A DNA stretch of 64,000 nt. Source: a virus. The translations under genes and the position numbers were made by a program. Positions 9,437-18,428 of this stretch are shown piece by piece. Within the stretch, counting starts at the first letter, position 1, and each line of letters opens with the position of its first letter. The notes beneath the pieces are model-generated. The model made no database searches. It saw nothing but the letters and a program-made list of their open reading frames with translations, and had not been told where the DNA came from. The DNA is taken from the IMG/VR virus record IMGVR_UViG_3300046168_000050; one strand, given 5' to 3'.

Positions 9437-11094
9437 TATACAGTTGCAATAGTTCTAAGATTTTTAAATAGCGGAATATGAGTAGATTTACTACTGTTCA
9501 TTGTAATTTTAATCTGATATTTGCTAAATAAAGGTAAATCATACTTATTAAACTCATAGGTTCTTGGCATATTGTCTCTTGGCTGGTCTGCATAATTAGA
9601 CACGTCCGGAGTATTAATAGTCTTACTAAACTCTACCCAATTATTAGCTTCAATATTGGTATCATCTCCACTTGTTCTGTACCAAACAGAAAAATCACTG
9701 AATTGCGGCCTAATAGCATCTATTAGCACTCGCAATGATGTTGCTGCAAGCTCAAGACTATAAACAATAGAAAGATGTTTTGCCGCCGTAGTTCCGCCGT
9801 TTGGTTCCGTTTCAAGAGTAAATGGTACAGTAGAGATAAGGTTTCTATTGGGAGTAGTTGTAGCAGCTTGGTAGTCAATAAAATTACTAGTAATACGCAT
9901 TGCTGCAGCGTGCTCATTAATATAAGGAGACGTGTATTTATGTTGAGTAGTAAAGCCAACTCTAATTTTAGTAGAGGGATTACCTGAATTATGATCTGTT
10001 TCAGATTGCGCGCTAGCAATCACTGCCGGGTTTTTAAATCCTTGAACATAATTCTTTTTAATTCTAACATCTGCAATATTAGAATATGCGGTTTCATTAC
10101 CACCGAAAGATTTAGATGCTAAAAAATCACCTACTGCAAACATGTTTGTTTTAGGAGGAGTAACTGCAGGTAAAATTGTTTGAAACTGATCGACAACATA
10201 TTGCTCAGTTGCTAGTACTCCAGCTCCGCCGGCTCTAATGGACGCAGTAGCATTAGCAGATCCACCACAATTAAATGTGTAACCATAAGGATCAGCCGCA
10301 GTAATAGTTTTAGTGCCATACAAATTAGATCCGGTTATACCATTAATAGTATCACTGCTGTCAAATCCATTTGACCCTTTAGATAAGACTACTTTATCAC
10401 CAACTTGAAATCCATGAGCAGGATGAACTACATCTACTAATTTACTTCCCGCCGTAAAAATAAAAGGGTCTGCCGGATATTTAGTGTTATCATCAATTAG
10501 TGTCTGTTCAGTTAATCTTTTTGCTGGTGGAGCGTCTGCGTGAAAAACGGCAAAACTATTTTGCTGAGTAAATTCAGCTCTGTAAACTTTATATGCTAAA
10601 TCTTTCTCATTGTCTGGCCGCCAAGAAGTACCGTTTGATGACTCGTAAAATGCGCCGCGTTCAATGGTAGACGAAAAGAATTCTGTTGTCGAGTTAGTAA
10701 GATGTTCGCCGTTTTTACCTACCCAAATTTTATACTGATCTGCAGAAGCGCCGGTACTAATAACAAGCGCAAGTAATGTATTACCTGCTATATAGACAGG
10801 CTCTCTAAAACTAAATTTAACTTCAGCAGCAGAGGCAAAGTTTGTATTAGCAGCCGCAGCAACAGTTGAGGCTGCAACCGTTACCTTTGTACCTTGAATA
10901 AATTTCTTAGCACTTGGCGCTCCTGATTCGGCACAAGGTCTCAATTCAATAGAAACTGGTTGAGCAGAAGAGCCTGTTGGAGCTTGAGCAAAGAAAAGAC
11001 CTACTCCAGTAAGAACTGATCCGACAGGCTCATCAACCACAAACGTCTGTGCTGATGGGTTGAGCTGTTCACTTAATTGTAATTTACCTGACAT
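9436..11094 (-). CDS. DUF4815/VrlC-like virion protein, C-terminal part
   Basis: P.AQTF.V, F.F.EPVY, S.NG.SW...DL.YKVYRAEF, and the ending F.KYQIKI.M.S...P.FKNLRTIA. Confidence 0.8.
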   Translation of the reverse strand: MSGKLQLSEQLNPSAQTFVVDEPVGSVLTGVGLFFAQAPTGSSAQPVSIELRPCAESGAPSAKKFIQGTKVTVAASTVAAAANTNFASAAEVKFSFREPVYIAGNTLLALVISTGASADQYKIWVGKNGEHLTNSTTEFFSSTIERGAFYESSNGTSWRPDNEKDLAYKVYRAEFTQQNSFAVFHADAPPAKRLTEQTLIDDNTKYPADPFIFTAGSKLVDVVHPAHGFQVGDKVVLSKGSNGFDSSDTINGITGSNLYGTKTITAADPYGYTFNCGGSANATASIRAGGAGVLATEQYVVDQFQTILPAVTPPKTNMFAVGDFLASKSFGGNETAYSNIADVRIKKNYVQGFKNPAVIASAQSETDHNSGNPSTKIRVGFTTQHKYTSPYINEHAAAMRITSNFIDYQAATTTPNRNLISTVPFTLETEPNGGTTAAKHLSIVYSLELAATSLRVLIDAIRPQFSDFSVWYRTSGDDTNIEANNWVEFSKTINTPDVSNYADQPRDNMPRTYEFNKYDLPLFSKYQIKITMNSSKSTHIPLFKNLRTIATV

Positions 11095-11118
11095 TTAAAT
11101 TTCTTTCTATATAGTAAG

Positions 11119-11934
11119 TTAGAACCAACTATTGGTATCCATCCAACTGCTAGTAGTAGTAGTAGTAGTAGTTGGTCTAGCACTAGGTCTAGCGGATGAG
11201 GTCCAAGTGTCTCCAAAAAAACCACCGGCGCCGGCATCCGAAATGCTTGGACCTGTATCAGTAGAACCAAAAAAATACTCATAATCCGTGCTTATACTCG
11301 GACCTGTATCATTATCATTACCTGAAGTAATTGTTGGGCCTGGCGCTGGGGGCGGATCATCTTCCCACACTTCATATTCTACTTCTACGTCAACACTATA
11401 AGTTTCCATTGAATAATTAATAAACTGGCCAATCGAAGAGTATTCTGCCGTAGCATGAGATAGGGCCGCCGCTTTATCAGTTGTAGAAATATTAATAGCT
11501 AAAAGAGGAATACTGTTATCACCCCCATTGTAGCTATAATTTGTTGATCCTGTACCACATCTCCAGCTGTAAGTTGAATTACTTTGTAAAAAAAGCACTC
11601 CTTCCAATTCACCTGAAGCAGTAGTAGTAAGAGGAGTGCCAGAAGGTCCTCCGAGATCTGAAGGAAACTGCGTCTCAAACAAATATTTATCGCCTGGATT
11701 TCTAAACACAGAACTACGAGCTGAAGCATTAAAATCATTAATACTAAAACTTGTATTAGCAAATGCTGTCACGTCTCTATTTTGTAAAAATAACCAATGA
11801 TTATCATTAGGTCTTAAACCTGAAAACTTAAAGTAAATAAAACGAGATCTAAATGCAGGATTAAAATCATATCCGTTATCTAATTCTCTTACTCTAGATT
11901 CTTGTTCTATTTTTGTTGCTGTTACCCAGGGCAT
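11119..11934 (-). CDS. DUF4815/VrlC-like virion protein, middle part, with low-complexity tail
   Basis: FRSR.I.F...GLRPN.....F....V...L.T...G.L.G motif; Pro/Thr/Ser-rich C-tail. Confidence 0.7.
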   Translation of the reverse strand: MPWVTATKIEQESRVRELDNGYDFNPAFRSRFIYFKFSGLRPNDNHWLFLQNRDVTAFANTSFSINDFNASARSSVFRNPGDKYLFETQFPSDLGGPSGTPLTTTASGELEGVLFLQSNSTYSWRCGTGSTNYSYNGGDNSIPLLAINISTTDKAAALSHATAEYSSIGQFINYSMETYSVDVEVEYEVWEDDPPPAPGPTITSGNDNDTGPSISTDYEYFFGSTDTGPSISDAGAGGFFGDTWTSSARPSARPTTTTTTTSSWMDTNSWF

Positions 11935-14867
11935 TATGCTTCCTCGTTCTGATTACCTTGAGAAAGAACAACCGTATCACCTTGTGTAGTGAGCGATTCA
12001 TTATGCTCTCCTACATGGTTAACGTCAACTTCTCTTCTCATTTCATATGTATCAACTGCCGGCTCAACGAATCCTGAACCAATAAACTTAACAAGTTCAA
12101 ATCTATTTACACTTTGATATCCAGTTGCCTTGTCCTGATTGACCATAACAGTTTCAGTAAAGTTTGGCCAAATAGTACTACCATGCAGAGCCACTCCGCT
12201 TGATGCAGCAGAATCATATTTAAGGCCAATATCTCTCCAGTATCTCATCGGCGCTAGGACGCCAGATTTCTTACGAATAGCAGCCTTGTAATCATTATCT
12301 GTTACTTTAGATTGAATGTTATTAGTAAACGTGTCTCCTGTCATTCCTTGTTTCACACGATCAGGTATAACTGTCCGTTCTAGTTCAATTTCAGCAAGTG
12401 AAAGCGAAGTTAACTCTTCTACATTTTCCACACGTCTTTCAATCTTGCGGATATCTGACATTTTATAACCACGGTTATCATACTTAGACTGCATAAGGTC
12501 GCGCTCATTAAGATGATAAGGAGCCAACATAATTCTATGTAATCTCATAGACGAAGAAGGAACTCCTTCAGGATCACTGGGAGATAAGCTTGTTACTCCC
12601 GTATGCACTTCAAGATTACCATTATTATTAATAGCTACTATATCTACTCTAGGCTCCCATATAGACACCTCACCAATATCAATCGTATCAGTATTTCTTG
12701 GAACATATTGAATTACTGCTCCTGTACCAGCAAAATCGTCACCGGTATTATCTTTTACAGATCTTAGATCCATAACGTCTGATAGCCTTACAGTAGCACC
12801 TGTTTCAGTATTATAATATGGAATCTTATCGTATTCTAAATCTGGATAAGATGCGCCGCCAGCAAAATAATCTCCGGTAGTATGATCAAAGCTATCAAAG
12901 GTAACGACTACATTACCTGAAGGGGCAGCGGCACCACCTTTAAGTTTACCAGATCCTACAGTATAGAAATTATCGCGCTGGCCGTTATCGAAAATAAATC
13001 TATGAGTAATGTCCTCACTTGTCGTGCTATCTACGACGCTTTTAAATTTATAAATGTCATGATGAGAAAGTGTAAATTTACCCCCAGAAAGCGCTAGCGT
13101 TTGAGTTCGGTCAACAACAAGAGTTTTAGTTTTTCTTACTGCAGTTTTTCTTTCATATCCAAACAATCTAACTGATCCATTAGTAAGGCCAGTAATAGTT
13201 GCTGAAGACGTAGGAGTACCTGATACTGTAGGAGGAGAAATAAGATTATTATTATTTGCCACTTCTTCTACAATCCATTGCTCTTGATCAGCAAATGTAT
13301 TTCCGCCTGTAGAGAACGTAGCTGAATTATTGGACGCAGTGGCTGTATATACTTTACCTATATTTAAAGTTACAGATCCATCTTTAACTGTATTAATTCT
13401 TCCAGGTAAAGGAAATAATAGATTATTTTCTAACTTATCAATAATATCATAGTTGCTATTAATAGCCACAATGTTACCATAGCTATTAGCACTAGTACCT
13501 ACGCTACGAGCATTTCTTAGTGAGTTAGAGCCGTACATTTCAACATCAAAAACGTGTAATCTAAAATCATTATCGAACTCATCAATATTTCTAATTCTAG
13601 CTCTACCTATAGAACTACCGCTTGTTGCAGTGCCGCTATAGATTCCTACAGAATCATATCCGTTAATTACATCAAGAAGACCTTTAGTATTAGCACCATC
13701 AGTTAAAAAGTAATTACCATATCTCGCTGAAATAAATTCATTATTTTTAGTTGTTATGTCGTCTACAAGATTTCTTGGTTTAGCTACTTTAATAGGAGCT
13801 AAGTTTTGCTTGTCATATCTCTTTCCGTTAACAAAGGCTGTACCATCTGAAACTTGGTACCAAAGATAATCTGAACTATCTGGCTTAGTTGAGATAGTAA
13901 GGTCAAGGGAACCAAGCCTTTCATCCACAATAAAGTTGCCATTAGTATCATTAGCTCTGTTGTATATAATACCACCTAGAGTTGATAACACATTATCCGC
14001 GGTTTGTACATTGGTGACATAACCTTGATTAAGTTTCATAAGCGGATAAAATGTTTTACCGGCAGTTTTATCTGCTTCTTTTTTTAGCGTAAGGGTAATT
14101 CTTAGTCTATCAGCTCCCGGAGAAGTTAAGTTAGGAGTAGCGCCGGAGTTGTCATATAATGCAACATTATCAGATGTGTTGTAAATTTCTTGTGTAACTT
14201 CAAAACCCACAGTACCATTAAACTGAGGGTTAAACTTGTCTAGTACCAGTGACTGTTTTTCTACGAACAAAATATGTCCGGCGGCAAAGGTATTAAATTC
14301 AGGAACTTCTAAGAATGAGGCATTACCAATAGCATCTTGCACCTGTTCATCCGTAGATACACTCAGCTCGTAAGAAGTGGATCTAATGGTAGCTGTTAAT
14401 GTATCAGCTGGATTAAATTTAACAGAAACTGTAGTATCTTCAGAGGTAGTAGAATTAGCGTCGATATATTTTACTAGTAAAGTATTATAAACATCTGTAC
14501 CAACAGAGCTATTTACAGAAGTAGAAGGAATAACAGCTTTTATTATAGCCTTTACGCCATTTTGATTAGAGAATGTTTCCCCGACAAATACATCATAGCC
14601 CACTGGAAGTGTAGATACCCGTACGAAACCAATAGGATCGTTTGCACTGTTTGATGTGCCGTAAGAAGTATTAAATAACCCACCAGGAGTAAAAATAAAT
14701 TTAGCAATACGCTCAATTTCTTTTTGAATAATCGTCTGAGATTGAGTTAATTCTCTTGCCTGCAGAGCTCTTCCGTTATTAAAAAGAATTCTATGATAGT
14801 GATCGCTATCACGATAATCATCGTTGTAGGAGCCAAGAAATGTATTTTCGTTTACCGTAGTTGCCAT
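11934..14867 (-). CDS. DUF4815/VrlC-like virion protein, N-terminal part
   Basis: Y.DDY....YHRILF..GRALQARELTQ.Q.I.Q, L.DN..G.PN..SPGADRL, and Y.MSDI.K.E.R..N.E..TSLSL.E motifs. Confidence 0.88.
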   Translation of the reverse strand: MATTVNENTFLGSYNDDYRDSDHYHRILFNNGRALQARELTQSQTIIQKEIERIAKFIFTPGGLFNTSYGTSNSANDPIGFVRVSTLPVGYDVFVGETFSNQNGVKAIIKAVIPSTSVNSSVGTDVYNTLLVKYIDANSTTSEDTTVSVKFNPADTLTATIRSTSYELSVSTDEQVQDAIGNASFLEVPEFNTFAAGHILFVEKQSLVLDKFNPQFNGTVGFEVTQEIYNTSDNVALYDNSGATPNLTSPGADRLRITLTLKKEADKTAGKTFYPLMKLNQGYVTNVQTADNVLSTLGGIIYNRANDTNGNFIVDERLGSLDLTISTKPDSSDYLWYQVSDGTAFVNGKRYDKQNLAPIKVAKPRNLVDDITTKNNEFISARYGNYFLTDGANTKGLLDVINGYDSVGIYSGTATSGSSIGRARIRNIDEFDNDFRLHVFDVEMYGSNSLRNARSVGTSANSYGNIVAINSNYDIIDKLENNLLFPLPGRINTVKDGSVTLNIGKVYTATASNNSATFSTGGNTFADQEQWIVEEVANNNNLISPPTVSGTPTSSATITGLTNGSVRLFGYERKTAVRKTKTLVVDRTQTLALSGGKFTLSHHDIYKFKSVVDSTTSEDITHRFIFDNGQRDNFYTVGSGKLKGGAAAPSGNVVVTFDSFDHTTGDYFAGGASYPDLEYDKIPYYNTETGATVRLSDVMDLRSVKDNTGDDFAGTGAVIQYVPRNTDTIDIGEVSIWEPRVDIVAINNNGNLEVHTGVTSLSPSDPEGVPSSSMRLHRIMLAPYHLNERDLMQSKYDNRGYKMSDIRKIERRVENVEELTSLSLAEIELERTVIPDRVKQGMTGDTFTNNIQSKVTDNDYKAAIRKKSGVLAPMRYWRDIGLKYDSAASSGVALHGSTIWPNFTETVMVNQDKATGYQSVNRFELVKFIGSGFVEPAVDTYEMRREVDVNHVGEHNESLTTQGDTVVLSQGNQNEEA

Positions 14868-14876
14868 GATTTATCC

Positions 14877-16376
14877 TTATAGTCTTACTACAACTTTAAT
14901 ATCTTCTGTTTGCTGAGGATCCCGGGCAGTAGCTGATTGATTGCTAACAAACAAAACTTCACCAGAAAATCTATCAACATCTGGAGCAATGTTAGCGGAA
15001 TCAATAGTTAAACTACCTGATATTTTGCCAGGAACAGTAACAGCTTCACCATCTACAAACGCGGTAAATCCAGTTTCTTCTGTCTGATGATACCAAATAG
15101 TAGCGCTGTCGTCGTTCCATGCCATGTAACCTTGGGCGTTACTATCTGTACCAAATATAATAGGATCATCATCAAATTCTAACTGATATTCGCCTGACGC
15201 CTGTAGATAATCTCCATCACCAAACGCCAAGTTAGCTCTCATTTTCTTAAGAGCTGTTCCTGCTTCTGCAGTAAATAATGTGCCATTAGCACTGTCTTTA
15301 ATATTCTTGATTAATCCGATTTGCCTATAGTCCTGATCAACCGGCCATGTGGGGCTGTTATTAACATTAACGCCACCAACAGGCTTAATATTGAACATCA
15401 GAGATGTTGACCTGAGATCTTTTCTTGCATCAGCTCCAGTTCCTGCTATGGGGCCAAAAACAGGAGCAATAACAGCATCGGTACCACCAGCTTGTAGATT
15501 AGTAGCACTTACGTTTATATTAGCATAATCATAACCAGATCCCTGATCTGCTACAAAGGAAATAGCTCCAGCATCTGGGCTATCACCAACTTCTACGGCT
15601 GCAATTGAATTATTAATTGGATTTAAAATAGCATAAGCTTTTGCGTTAACACCATTTCCCACGACAGTAAGAGCCGGGCCTACCTTTTGCCCGGAAGAAT
15701 GAACAGTGCCCGTGTAAGGTCCGCCAGGAGTGATTACTCGATATCCTATAATTTGTCCAGGTACTGCAGCATTTTGAACTGAAAGCTGAGAGAATCTAGG
15801 GTCTGTTAATTCAGCTGAATCTACGAACTCTACAGGCATAAAATTAGTTGTTAAAAAATTATTAGCAGCTGCAGTCGTAATAGTATACATGTATTTCCAC
15901 ACATAACCATCTGTTTCAGGTGCAAGAGTTATATTAGTATGATCCGGTTTTACTGTAGAAGTTTTAGGAGTACCGTCACTGTTTTTACCTTTGCGCAAAC
16001 AAATGTAAACTTTGTTTTCATCTGTTCTTATATAGTAAGTATTTTGAGGCTGGCCTGATATAGCATCGCTGTACTGATAATATTCTTTATTAGGCGACCA
16101 GTCATAGTCTGGCCCACCTGGAATTACGAATGAAAGATTTTCTGCAGCTTTGACTGATTGTAAATTATATCTAAATAATCTTTCTTCTCTGTCGTGGTTG
16201 TCAGCAGCTGTAGTATTAGGTACTACATCGGTTTGAGCCTCTGCTTGCCATTGTTGCGATCTACCTACTCCAATATAATAGTAATTATTGGAGTCACCAA
16301 TATTAGCTGTGTTAAACTCGTCAAAAATAGTTTGAGCTAATTGTAATTTAATTTTATCTGTAATTATCGCTGCCAT
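14877..16376 (-). CDS. gp8: Baseplate wedge subunit gp8
   Basis: MAAIITDK, YY.GVGRS..W, VY.CL, DGYVWKYMYTI, DYRQIGLIKN, SGEVLF..N....R...Q.EDIKVV. Confidence 0.9.
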   Translation of the reverse strand: MAAIITDKIKLQLAQTIFDEFNTANIGDSNNYYYIGVGRSQQWQAEAQTDVVPNTTAADNHDREERLFRYNLQSVKAAENLSFVIPGGPDYDWSPNKEYYQYSDAISGQPQNTYYIRTDENKVYICLRKGKNSDGTPKTSTVKPDHTNITLAPETDGYVWKYMYTITTAAANNFLTTNFMPVEFVDSAELTDPRFSQLSVQNAAVPGQIIGYRVITPGGPYTGTVHSSGQKVGPALTVVGNGVNAKAYAILNPINNSIAAVEVGDSPDAGAISFVADQGSGYDYANINVSATNLQAGGTDAVIAPVFGPIAGTGADARKDLRSTSLMFNIKPVGGVNVNNSPTWPVDQDYRQIGLIKNIKDSANGTLFTAEAGTALKKMRANLAFGDGDYLQASGEYQLEFDDDPIIFGTDSNAQGYMAWNDDSATIWYHQTEETGFTAFVDGEAVTVPGKISGSLTIDSANIAPDVDRFSGEVLFVSNQSATARDPQQTEDIKVVVRL

Positions 16377-16388
16377 TGTTATACCCTA

Positions 16389-17348
16389 TTAAGAAATTGT
16401 ATAGCCTTCACCACCAATAACGCTCCACTGAGAGCCATTCCAAATAATCATAACCGTATCATTTGGTGATAGTGCAATACTAGTTCCTTGAGAAAAATTA
16501 GTTGGAGTAACCGTTGTGGTATTAGCTCCGTCATGGGTAAATACCTTTACTTCACCCGTTGTTAATCCATTATCTACTGTAGCAACAATATTAGCTGTTG
16601 CTGTACTTTGAATATAACTTATATTTTGAGCTACAGTGCCTGTTGAGCTAATAGTACCTGAAGAATAAGCAAGTTTACTAACTCTTACTGAACCAGCTCC
16701 TTTGGGATTAAGCTCTAAATTAATATTAGTGTCTGCAGATCCCTCTGTAGAAATAATAGGAGAATCAGGAGAAGCTTTGCTCTCAATCCTTAATCTATTT
16801 CTAGCATTTACTGTATCAGTAAACGATATGACTGGATGCCCATTCGAATCTGCTAACCATTCATGAACGTTAGCTCTTTTTAGCGTAGGTAGATTTAAAG
16901 TTTTATTTGTAAGAGACTGTGTATCAGTAGTACCGACAACTACCCCGGCTGGAATAGTTTTACGACTGGCTGCCCCATCAATAATTCCTGAAGCATTAGA
17001 TAGAATAAAACTAGAAGTAGCAAGTCCAGATAATGTATTATCATCAGCGCTAATGGTTTTGTTCGTAAGTGTTTGAGTGGCCGTATCAACTACTACGTTA
17101 CCAGCTGAATCAGGAAAATCAATATTAATTGTCGAAGCCGGATCAGCAGCTCCTACCTGCGTAATAAAGCTGCTTCCTACGATAGAAATACCGCTGTCCG
17201 TAAGTCGTGTAACATTACCTAAAGTTGCACCACCAAACTGGTTGTACAACTCTGTAAAATTATTATTAATTTTATTGCCAGCAGCTCTAAGGGTATCGCC
17301 TGTACCATCATTAGCCGCCGAGCCAACATTAATTGCTTCTTGAACCAT
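16389..17348 (-). CDS. gp9/gp10-like baseplate tail-fibre connector
   Basis: N-terminal INVGSAANDGTGDTLRAAGNKINNNFTELY, the T4 gp9/gp10 motif; TQTLTNKT repeats. Confidence 0.8.
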   Translation of the reverse strand: MVQEAINVGSAANDGTGDTLRAAGNKINNNFTELYNQFGGATLGNVTRLTDSGISIVGSSFITQVGAADPASTINIDFPDSAGNVVVDTATQTLTNKTISADDNTLSGLATSSFILSNASGIIDGAASRKTIPAGVVVGTTDTQSLTNKTLNLPTLKRANVHEWLADSNGHPVISFTDTVNARNRLRIESKASPDSPIISTEGSADTNINLELNPKGAGSVRVSKLAYSSGTISSTGTVAQNISYIQSTATANIVATVDNGLTTGEVKVFTHDGANTTTVTPTNFSQGTSIALSPNDTVMIIWNGSQWSVIGGEGYTIS

Positions 17349-17372
17349 ATCTGTGCCTTAATTGATTAACAT

Positions 17373-17380
17373 TATTTATA
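17373..17380 (-). promoter_or_regulatory. T4-type late promoter TATAAATA
   Basis: Exact match upstream of 16389..17348. Confidence 0.8.
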
Positions 17381-17392
17381 TAGGTAATTAGT

Positions 17393-18428
17393 CTAATTCG
17401 CTGAATCATATTGAGTATCGTATATACCTTTATCAAATGTTTGTGTATATGTTTTAAGTTTAGTAGCACTTGAATCCTCGTCAAAGCTAACAAGAGTAAC
17501 GACATCAGAGTCATCCATAGTAAGTGAGTTAGGTGACAACAATTCAGCAAACGTATAATTATCAATATCGCCTAGTACCACATCTTTTGCAATGGATACA
17601 AATGTATCAACATCTTGGCGATGTACGGTGAATGTTGCATCACCATGATTAAGTAGAGTAATATCTTTATCAGCTCTAATATCAAACGATGCTACAACCT
17701 GAATAGAAATAAATTCTGCTGGTTTTTCACCGACATCATCTTGTAATACTGGCAGAGGATTTATATTAGCCGCTTCTATTACTAATTCTGAGCCAATAAA
17801 AAATCCAGCAGGGTGTACAAATAATTTATATGTATCTATCCACTTACCTACAGGAATTGTGCTGCGAAGAAGTATTGAAAGAGTTTGATATAATTTATCA
17901 TTTGTTATATAGCGTAAAGATTCCGGGCCAAGATTTGAAGCCCTCTCTTTAACTTGTTCGCCCCGCAGTGTTAACGCTGTCTTTCTCGAGGTCAATGGCC
18001 GGGCCAACTCTAAAAACATTTTCTTTAGGATAAATTACTTCTGGATCTACGCCAAAAAAACCTCTAAAAAATTGCTCGATACTATACTTAGTGCCTTTAG
18101 ACCTATATAGTGTATTAGAAAACTTTACTGCTTCTCTTTTATTAATAAATCCACCAAAATATGCTTCCCCTAAGAGCAGTTCATCTTCAAGAAAAGGAAG
18201 TTGCATCTTAGGAATAGAAGTAGCATCTCGAGTAGAATAAATTCTATTTAAAATACCATTAGGATTTGAATCTTTTTCCATCCATTCATAGTAAGATTCA
18301 AACAATTCTATAAGATTAGGATTGTCCTGAACTATATGGTCAGGTAATACTTTTTTAACCTCAGCCCTATGAAAAGGAAGAGCCTTGCGATTATTGTCAA
18401 GTAATGTAAGATCTCTTTTATGTGACAT
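17393..18428 (-). CDS. gp7: Baseplate wedge initiator gp7-like, split by a one-base frameshift near 17961-17964
   Basis: 5' ORF has LP......PN...L.E.YYEWME and YRSKGTKYSI..FFR.FFG...E..YP. 3' ORF has Y.TLS..........W.D.YK.FVHPAGF. Removing one G from GCGGGGCG joins them (..NTAG-EQVKER..). Confidence 0.75.
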
